From a virus, in IMG/VR virus record IMGVR_UViG_3300020045_009879, positions 31,872 through 95,871 of that record: a stretch of DNA of 64,000 nucleotides; one strand, written 5' to 3'. Positions within the stretch are counted from its first letter, which is position 1. Every line of letters begins with the position of its first letter. Shown here piece by piece: positions 57,328 through 64,000 of this stretch. Position numbers and translations under genes: made by a program. A model generated the notes under the pieces. The model did not search any database. It saw nothing but the letters and a program-made list of their open reading frames with translations, and had not been told where the DNA came from.

Positions 57328-57597
57328 TTAAATACTATCTGCCCAGATATCTGGCACTGTAGATGCAGTGAGTTTATTAAAGGTCCGAATTAGTGTTCTT
57401 ACATTATCTTTTGTTAATGGATCATACTCTTCAACTAACTCATCAATCTCCATTATTGTCTCAAACAACATGCCAGCATATCCATCCTTATAATGCATGC
57501 CAGAAGTATATTTACCATTACGCATAATAGTAGTCTGCCGAATCATATAGGCAGACATCTGGCTACCAAGAGTTGCTTTTACCTGTTCGAATGTCAT
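57328..57597 (-). CDS. Hypothetical structural protein (possible tail-hub B-like)
   Basis: 89 aa helical; TAATG-coupled to upstream gene; assignment by position only. Confidence 0.45.
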   Translation of the reverse strand: MTFEQVKATLGSQMSAYMIRQTTIMRNGKYTSGMHYKDGYAGMLFETIMEIDELVEEYDPLTKDNVRTLIRTFNKLTASTVPDIWADSI

Positions 57598-58145
57598 TAT
57601 AGTTCAGCTAATCTGGTGAATAGGTCTATTTTCTCGTAAATGCCGCTAGTACTTCCAATAAAAATGTCCGCGGTAAGTCCCTGGTATAAAGCATTAACCA
57701 TACAAGCATACTTGATTTCCCTTGAATTAACATCTTCTATGAAGTCAACAGCAAGAAATGCGGCATCGGTTTTCGTCTTCCATGAATTATAGTAAAATAC
57801 CTCATCGGTACTGTAAGTGTATTCCGTAGATCCAGTAATCGCAATAGTAATAGTTAAGATATCATCTGGTATAACCGTTACACTCGAACCAAAAACTGTT
57901 GCAGCAAGAAGGTCTATCTGAAAATCACCAACCAATTGGGTCGGAGTGTATGCAGTGGTGACATAGGATGCTGCACCGTTAAACAAAGTCGCATTACCGT
58001 CTAGTGCGGCAATCGTTAATGTTACCGTTGTGGAATCGCCTGGGACATAATAAGTCCAGTTACTACTGGTATTATATATCCTTATAGTAGAACCCGCAAT
58101 CATGGGGGTGGTTGAAAATCTGAATGTTACAATTGGATCTGGCAT
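57597..58145 (-). CDS. Hypothetical structural protein (possible tail-hub A-like)
   Basis: 182 aa, beta N-part and helical C-part; immediately after portal; assignment by position only. Confidence 0.45.
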   Translation of the reverse strand: MPDPIVTFRFSTTPMIAGSTIRIYNTSSNWTYYVPGDSTTVTLTIAALDGNATLFNGAASYVTTAYTPTQLVGDFQIDLLAATVFGSSVTVIPDDILTITIAITGSTEYTYSTDEVFYYNSWKTKTDAAFLAVDFIEDVNSREIKYACMVNALYQGLTADIFIGSTSGIYEKIDLFTRLAEL

Positions 58146-58146
58146 A

Positions 58147-60525
58147 TTATTTTGATGTTTTAGGTTTATTTCTGGCTATAGTCTCCTTAGCCTCATTGGA
58201 TCTTTTTGTTTCCTCTAGTATAGCAGCATCAAGAGTCATCTTATCACGGTGTTTCTTTTCCTCCAAACTAATCTTTGCACTATCATCCTGCGGTTCTGGT
58301 TTACTATTGGCATTAATCTCTGCCACCTGTATCTTAGTTTCGTTATCGAGCTTATTCATCTCTACATTAGCCTGAATTGTTCGTTGAGACATGTTCTCTC
58401 TGAACTTCTCTATCTCTAACTGCGTCTGAAGTTGTTGCTGCAACTGATCCTGTTTAGTCTTCTCTATCTGTGCATTGAGTTCCATTCTTGCTTTCTCATC
58501 TTTTTCAATCATCTTAATATTCTCTGACAGAGAGGATGATGTAAAGATCTTCATTATAGTAGAGAAAGATAACGTACTTGTCTGTAGTGCTGCATGAGCA
58601 AGTTGTTCTAATTTCTGATCGAGATTTGTCACGCTTGCGGAGTTATCTACAATAATACCAAAGTCTACCTCTGAAAAATCTTCTCCACCAATCTCATAAA
58701 TCTCCATAGAATAATCATCGGAGATGTTCTGGAACTTCTTTTTATTATTTTTAAGTGCAATCTTAGCGGTTTCAATCAGACACTCAAGACAGCGTTTCTT
58801 AACATTATCGTGAACATAAAATAATTCCTCGGTTATATTTGAAGAGGCATTAACAGACCTTTCTATTCCACCAACAGTTTCGCTGGATGTAATCTGCCCT
58901 TGTCTTTGTCTGGAGATACCGGCAATCTCAAACATCTCATTCTTAATCCACTCCAATAGAGATAGATGGAAGTTGATTGATGCAGAGTTGTCAAGATTTA
59001 AAACTTTCCCAGTAGTGTTGTTTAACGATGCTGCAAGTTTACCTGTTGAGGCACCCTTGTTACCCTCCTTAAATGAGTCAACGGCAGCTATGCCATCCTG
59101 TTTTAAGAAGTGAAACCATGTTTCAAAAGTCCAGCCATCTGGTATCTTTGCAAAGTCAACCTCTATACTCTGCCCGTAACTGCGTGACATGGCCTTATTC
59201 AGACGATCTGCCACGATGGTATATAGGTATGCATAGGGCTTCATCCTATCTAATACAGATACTGGCTTTGCGTGGTTGGTGTTATATGTCTGTCCAATAA
59301 CACCTAGGTGACATTTCGATGGGTTAGATATTCTGTTATACTGTATCTTTCTGGGACGCATATTAACATATATGTCCTTTCCAATCTTAGTGCCCTCCCA
59401 GGCCTCGTTAATCCAGTAAGGAGTGACCTCTTCACCCCTTGCCTTATCTGCAATATAATCCTCTGGAACGAAAGTAAATTCCTCTTCTCCGGTCTGTTCG
59501 TTGTAATATTTTAATTTAAGAACCTTTCTTTGTGACTTCCATCTTACGCGTAATACGCGGATGTTACCATTACCATCGTAGTAGTTTGAGAATGTTCTAC
59601 CCATGGCACCAGCAAAATAGATCATTTGGTCTACGCTATTAGCCTCATCGCCAACGGCTGGAGTATATATTAAAGATGAGCGTTCGTCGATATTATCCAT
59701 ATCGTCGACCTTACTAATACTATTAGTCTTATTAATCAGGTCGATATCATCCTCTTTTAGTTCATCATAGTAAGTATCTATGATTCTACCCGGACTCCAA
59801 TAATCTTGCATGATAATAAGATCCGCATCTTCTGCCCTAGATGAGTATCCATTTCTTAATATGAATACCTTCTGTGGATTAAGTCTTTCAAATGTAGGTT
59901 CTCCCTGTACAACATCAAAATCATAAAGTTCCTCACCACAAATAGCCACATCTTTCATTCCCTGATTCCAGAGAATCTTCATATCTAACTCTTTTATATA
60001 GTGCGATAAAAGAAAATTGGCACTTCGTTCGCGAGCATCTTGCCAAGAATACATAAAGTAATCACCATGCTCTTTCAGTTTCTTTTGAAAATCATCTTCG
60101 CCAGTAGAAGAGTTCTGGATCAGTTGCATAAAAGCCTGATCTAACTCTCCCTTACGTTGCTCCTCTTTTTCAGAGATGGCGTTATTGTTGGATACTACAG
60201 CCTTAAATTCAAATCGACGTTTGGCCTCTTCACCTACTAAAACGTTGATCGGAGAATTAACTATGGATAGATATTGAATACTTTCTGGAACAAAACCTTC
60301 AGCATCGATACCATAGGGATTTATAACTTGCTTAAGATCAGACATATGGATCTTGCCGTTCCATAGGTCATAGTTAATTTTCTTATGGCGAAGACTACTT
60401 CTTACGTTGTTATCATAAGCCATCGAACTCATGTCCGACCAATCAATATTGGACTTACGCCACTTCTTCCCCTTTTGAGAATATGGTAATTTTTGACTTG
60501 GATATCCTGTTGGCCACGTGTACAT
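58147..60525 (-). CDS. Portal protein
   Basis: 792 aa; PSQKLP..QK...W, NVLVGEEAKR, WINEAWEGTKIG, GISRQRQGQI...ETVGGIERSV; follows terminase. Confidence 0.92.
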   Translation of the reverse strand: MYTWPTGYPSQKLPYSQKGKKWRKSNIDWSDMSSMAYDNNVRSSLRHKKINYDLWNGKIHMSDLKQVINPYGIDAEGFVPESIQYLSIVNSPINVLVGEEAKRRFEFKAVVSNNNAISEKEEQRKGELDQAFMQLIQNSSTGEDDFQKKLKEHGDYFMYSWQDARERSANFLLSHYIKELDMKILWNQGMKDVAICGEELYDFDVVQGEPTFERLNPQKVFILRNGYSSRAEDADLIIMQDYWSPGRIIDTYYDELKEDDIDLINKTNSISKVDDMDNIDERSSLIYTPAVGDEANSVDQMIYFAGAMGRTFSNYYDGNGNIRVLRVRWKSQRKVLKLKYYNEQTGEEEFTFVPEDYIADKARGEEVTPYWINEAWEGTKIGKDIYVNMRPRKIQYNRISNPSKCHLGVIGQTYNTNHAKPVSVLDRMKPYAYLYTIVADRLNKAMSRSYGQSIEVDFAKIPDGWTFETWFHFLKQDGIAAVDSFKEGNKGASTGKLAASLNNTTGKVLNLDNSASINFHLSLLEWIKNEMFEIAGISRQRQGQITSSETVGGIERSVNASSNITEELFYVHDNVKKRCLECLIETAKIALKNNKKKFQNISDDYSMEIYEIGGEDFSEVDFGIIVDNSASVTNLDQKLEQLAHAALQTSTLSFSTIMKIFTSSSLSENIKMIEKDEKARMELNAQIEKTKQDQLQQQLQTQLEIEKFRENMSQRTIQANVEMNKLDNETKIQVAEINANSKPEPQDDSAKISLEEKKHRDKMTLDAAILEETKRSNEAKETIARNKPKTSK

Positions 60526-60547
60526 AATTATAGTATCGTTTAATTTG

Positions 60548-60555
60548 CAAATATA
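60548..60555 (-). promoter_or_regulatory. Bacteroidota -7 promoter element upstream of portal
   Basis: Minus strand TATATTTG(CAAA) in the 46-bp intergenic gap. Confidence 0.55.
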
Positions 60556-60571
60556 TATTAAAAAAACTCAA

Positions 60572-63500
60572 TTAGTTGTCTATCTGGAATTTCTCATTAT
60601 TATAGCTTAAAAGTCCATGGCTATTTTTTAAAAAGTAGGGGTCAAATTGAATTCCAGTTCTCCTTTCAGATTCACTTCTCATAGTATTCTCTAAATACTT
60701 TTGTCTATCTTCCCTAAGTAGCATTAACATACCACACGCAGATATTCTATCGAAGTTGCCATTGACATTCCATTTTAATGCTTCTAATAAAAGACCTATA
60801 CTCCTTATTTTGTGCAGATTAAGCTGGCGATTATCGCCAGATTCTCCCTGTGCATCTGTCATCATATAGTCTGCAATCAACCTTCTAGCTCTTGCGTTAA
60901 TAAACTTCCCACTGTTCGTGCCTTTTGATTTATTTCCGTAGAGGTTTCCCTTAACCATTTCAATATCTCTTAGCGATTGCAATGTATCTGATAATAAGTG
61001 TAGCGAGTTTTTTCTATCGAAATACCCGAACATGCCCTTTTTGTCACAGTTGTGTGTTACAACATAGTCTCCGATAAGATACAGTCCATCACTAGAATCA
61101 ACTGTTACACATTTTCCCATCTCATAGTGGGAAAATTCGACCGATGTTATTGCAGTCTTGTCCATATAAGCTGATGCCTTACTACCTCTAGATTTCCTAT
61201 TATGAACATGTTGTACGCTAGACTTTCTTGGTAAACTAAATATTTTCTCATCAGTGTAAACTACTACTTTATAACTGTCTAACTTCATGGTTTTATTGAT
61301 CGTTCTCTTACAGTTAAATCCCAAACTTCTACACAAAGACATAAAGTCTAGCGATAGTTTATCTGATGATGTAACATATACAGGCGATCCACCATTGGTA
61401 GCATGCCCGTCTCCATCCATCATTCCCCTCAATAAACTAAGTCTAATATCATACGAGTTGTGAAGATAGGTGTCTGGAATAAATTTTGTTTCACTCCTAG
61501 CCTTTAACAACCCAAGACTATCAATCTTTTTCCTGCATTCTGGTATAATTAGGTTCCAACTAAACCCCTTAGTTCCACTATATTTTATTTCATATGGAAC
61601 AAGTGTTTTATAAAACTCAACATCATCAGTACTGGAGGATATTTGTACTTGGTTTTTACTACAGTGGCTTCCGGTTAGACATCCTTCAGATATTATCAAC
61701 CCCATTGTGTATGGATCAATAGGGACATCTTTTTTATCATATGATACAGCGCCACCGTTGGGAACAAAGAAGGTATTCTGTTTGTATTTATTTTTTGTTC
61801 CAATCCTAAGAATATCGCTGGTTGTATAATTCTCAAGACTATGGGGATGATCATTAAGTTTAAATAAAGACCAAATATGATTATCGCTAGCCATTATTTC
61901 TCTACCATCATTAAGTGTTATTTTATATATTGGCATCTTTTCATCTATGGGTATAGCAACAACCTTAACAACACCACCATTAGGAGCAAACAACTCGTCT
62001 CCAACTGATATATCTCCCCATAATTTAGTCTCTCCAGATGGAATTCTTACGAGTTGACTATATGGGTGGGCCTCATAGTTCCCTATTGCATTATAAAAGA
62101 GTAACATTCTGCGACATATCTCAAAAAAATCGTTGGCAAACTTTGGTCTACCTGTATATTCTGCTACTATCCTATCTGTAAATAAATCCAGTATAAATAT
62201 AGAACCAAGTGATACAGTGTTACTTGCATCATCATCATATCCATCAATTCCTCCGATATATCTATTTCTCTGGGCCTCTCCTCCGACAAAATGTGGCATC
62301 TCAAAGATCTCTATGGCGCCCTCATGCTTATTGTCTTGCAAAGGAAACTCTCTGATTGGTTTTTTATATCCACCAACTTTCCACACCACCTTACCATTAG
62401 AATCAAAAGCAAGATCTCCAATATAATGGGGACCAACAAATTCATCAATCATTGGCAATACTGTCTCCAAATAATCCCTTATCTCTCCTACGGGAAACAT
62501 TGTCCCATCTATCTTCATCATGGAGTCCTGCGGAGTAATGGGTTTTTCTGCACGTCTCTGTGTTAACGCCCTAGTATCGGACGAAGACTTACGTATCTTT
62601 TCATAGTCTAAGTATATCTCTTTCAATGCCTTAGTAACATCTGGCATGCCATTTTCATCGTAACAGTTGGCCCTGTTTAAATATGCACCCCAAAAGAATC
62701 CTGCCTCTCCTTTGCCCTCTGTATTTCTGTCAAAGACGTTGGCAAGGGGCATAATATTATACGATGTCGGATGATAAAACATATCCTCAGCACCCTCAAA
62801 ATCAGAACCTTCTGTCCCGCCCGTCCCCATAGCACACATTTGAGCAAACACATTCTCTCCATCCTCCACAGCATCACGTGATACATTCCATGCTTTTTTG
62901 ATGTGTGGAAAAGATCCATACTCTTCAAAGATAATGTCACCGCGTTTACCACGAGCCTTGTCTGGGTCATCATTAAGAGATAGCCCTATAATGTCAGACT
63001 TCATTCCCCTCTCTGCACCAGATCGAACATCCTTATATCCAATACGTTTTTCTAGTTGAGTATCTTTTAATCTAAGTCTAGGGAATGGGGTATTAAGTGC
63101 ATTAAAGTCCAAGTAGTCCCACGACTTGGTGAGCACACCATCCTTATTAAGATATTGCATATTTGATGCAACATAAAAAGTCTTCGACCTTGGTTTAAAT
63201 AATGCATTCCTAGGTCCTATAGAACCCATCTTAAAACTTGCGCCAATACCCCTACACTTTAGAACCTCAATATGTTGACCTATATATTCAGCCTGATTTT
63301 TATAATGGAAAAACAGATAGTCGCCCAACCATACATTTGCAAAGTCATGAAGACGGTCGGCCCTTTTCCCACCTTTATTAACCCTCTTGGTTAACATGAT
63401 GGGACAATAATTTAAGTACCAGTAGTAATCACCGGGGATCCATTCACCATCCTCTCGTACTAGTCCTTCACGTATTCTTCTCTTTTCCTCTTTCCAGTGC

Positions 63501-63832
63501 TGATAATATGCACTCTTTGGATGTTTATTGGGTGTAAGCAAAGTATAATATCCGTGTTTCCTAAAGTGATCGCCCGCCTCTGTGAAGAATGTCATATCTT
63601 CAAGTACGTGAGGATCAGTAACATCTATAATAATCTTACCATCCTCATCTTTTTCTATATCGCACACCATCTTAATATCATTAGAAACTAATCTTCGAAT
63701 GAAAATTATCTCGTCTATAGAGGCATGGATATCATCTACAACATCTCTACTTAGATCAGCATAATACTTACTGTCTAGTGGAGTATTAAATTGATTGACA
63801 TTACGCAGTAACTCTTCCATGTTATTCTCCAT
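60572..63832 (-). CDS. terL: Terminase large subunit containing an intein (start ATG 63832 or 63820)
   Basis: LKCRGIGASF (Walker A-like), IIFEEYG (Walker B), GTGG, IGGIDGYD and NFDRISA nuclease motifs. Confidence 0.92.
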   Translation of the reverse strand: MENNMEELLRNVNQFNTPLDSKYYADLSRDVVDDIHASIDEIIFIRRLVSNDIKMVCDIEKDEDGKIIIDVTDPHVLEDMTFFTEAGDHFRKHGYYTLLTPNKHPKSAYYQHWKEEKRRIREGLVREDGEWIPGDYYWYLNYCPIMLTKRVNKGGKRADRLHDFANVWLGDYLFFHYKNQAEYIGQHIEVLKCRGIGASFKMGSIGPRNALFKPRSKTFYVASNMQYLNKDGVLTKSWDYLDFNALNTPFPRLRLKDTQLEKRIGYKDVRSGAERGMKSDIIGLSLNDDPDKARGKRGDIIFEEYGSFPHIKKAWNVSRDAVEDGENVFAQMCAMGTGGTEGSDFEGAEDMFYHPTSYNIMPLANVFDRNTEGKGEAGFFWGAYLNRANCYDENGMPDVTKALKEIYLDYEKIRKSSSDTRALTQRRAEKPITPQDSMMKIDGTMFPVGEIRDYLETVLPMIDEFVGPHYIGDLAFDSNGKVVWKVGGYKKPIREFPLQDNKHEGAIEIFEMPHFVGGEAQRNRYIGGIDGYDDDASNTVSLGSIFILDLFTDRIVAEYTGRPKFANDFFEICRRMLLFYNAIGNYEAHPYSQLVRIPSGETKLWGDISVGDELFAPNGGVVKVVAIPIDEKMPIYKITLNDGREIMASDNHIWSLFKLNDHPHSLENYTTSDILRIGTKNKYKQNTFFVPNGGAVSYDKKDVPIDPYTMGLIISEGCLTGSHCSKNQVQISSSTDDVEFYKTLVPYEIKYSGTKGFSWNLIIPECRKKIDSLGLLKARSETKFIPDTYLHNSYDIRLSLLRGMMDGDGHATNGGSPVYVTSSDKLSLDFMSLCRSLGFNCKRTINKTMKLDSYKVVVYTDEKIFSLPRKSSVQHVHNRKSRGSKASAYMDKTAITSVEFSHYEMGKCVTVDSSDGLYLIGDYVVTHNCDKKGMFGYFDRKNSLHLLSDTLQSLRDIEMVKGNLYGNKSKGTNSGKFINARARRLIADYMMTDAQGESGDNRQLNLHKIRSIGLLLEALKWNVNGNFDRISACGMLMLLREDRQKYLENTMRSESERRTGIQFDPYFLKNSHGLLSYNNEKFQIDN
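61049..62071 (-). mobile_element. 341-aa class-3 intein with LAGLIDADG endonuclease inside TerL
   Basis: NYE|AHPYSQ...SDNHIW...KCVTVDS..GLYL...VTHN|CDKKG; MGLIISEG and LRGMMDGDG LAGLIDADG motifs. Confidence 0.9.
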
Positions 63833-63950
63833 CGTCCTCAAATAAAGCCCTATCTTGCGATCCTCTGTGTGCCGTTCCTGTTTACTCCTAAATACAAGAA
63901 CTGTTGCATGAAATCAGGAAAATATGAAAACTATAAAACAAATAAATAAT

Positions 63951-64000
63951 ATGAAATTAAAGTTAGAGTACGGTAATCCAATGATTAGCAGGCTAGAACA
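63951..64000 (+). CDS. Start of a hypothetical protein, truncated by window end
   Basis: A-rich leader then MKLKLEYGNPMISRLE... Confidence 0.45.
   Translation, partial: MKLKLEYGNPMISRLE

Noticed and set aside
4634-63691. Numerous 60-180 aa plus-strand and alternate-frame ORFs in the track
   Set aside because: They lie antisense to or inside long conserved genes and have no motifs; treated as shadow ORFs
63833-63841. TTG start of terL given in the ORF track
   Set aside because: ATGs at 63832 and 63820 are more plausible; 63820 is 1 nt after the stop of the upstream gene remnant
1-64000. Stop-codon reassignment (known in some crAss-like phages)
   Set aside because: Genes are full length in code 11; TAG (e.g. 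3970-3972, minus) and TGA (358-360 plus; 21920-21922 minus) act as real stops at gene boundaries
1-64000. CRISPR array, tRNA or rRNA genes
   Set aside because: Coding density is very high, intergenic gaps are at most about 120 bp, and I saw no spaced direct repeats or cloverleaf patterns

Overview
This window is most of the virion/packaging arm of a crAss-like phage (Crassvirales) with a Bacteroidota host, read in the standard genetic code. Positions 1-3935 (+) are the end of a small-gene block: a PD-(D/E)XK nuclease, a stand-alone DnaE C-terminal fragment, an RHH protein, a metallophosphoesterase and small acidic ORFs. A bidirectional terminator separates it from one long minus-strand block. 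In transcription order that block holds: terminase large subunit with a class-3 LAGLIDADG intein, portal, several tail fibres/adhesins, a free-standing GIY-YIG endonuclease, a lysis cassette (holin-like proteins, GH24 endolysin, u-spanin), scaffold-like protein, major capsid protein, ring and auxiliary capsid proteins, muzzle, cargo proteins, and three giant ejected proteins including the virion RNA polymerase. The most notable observations are: (1) the three giant proteins (5417 aa) contain only four cysteines, all at the two protein-protein junctions, suggesting a head-to-tail disulfide-linked ejection chain; (2) a 940-aa protein built as a 7-level nested (matryoshka) domain insertion; (3) xGG motifs bracketing enzyme cassettes in the cargo proteins; (4) a circularly permuted FISUMP adhesin; (5) a DnaE fragment with clamp motif but no catalytic core; (6) an apparent junction of two truncated genes at about 63880. 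All family assignments come from motif recognition and gene order, not database searches.
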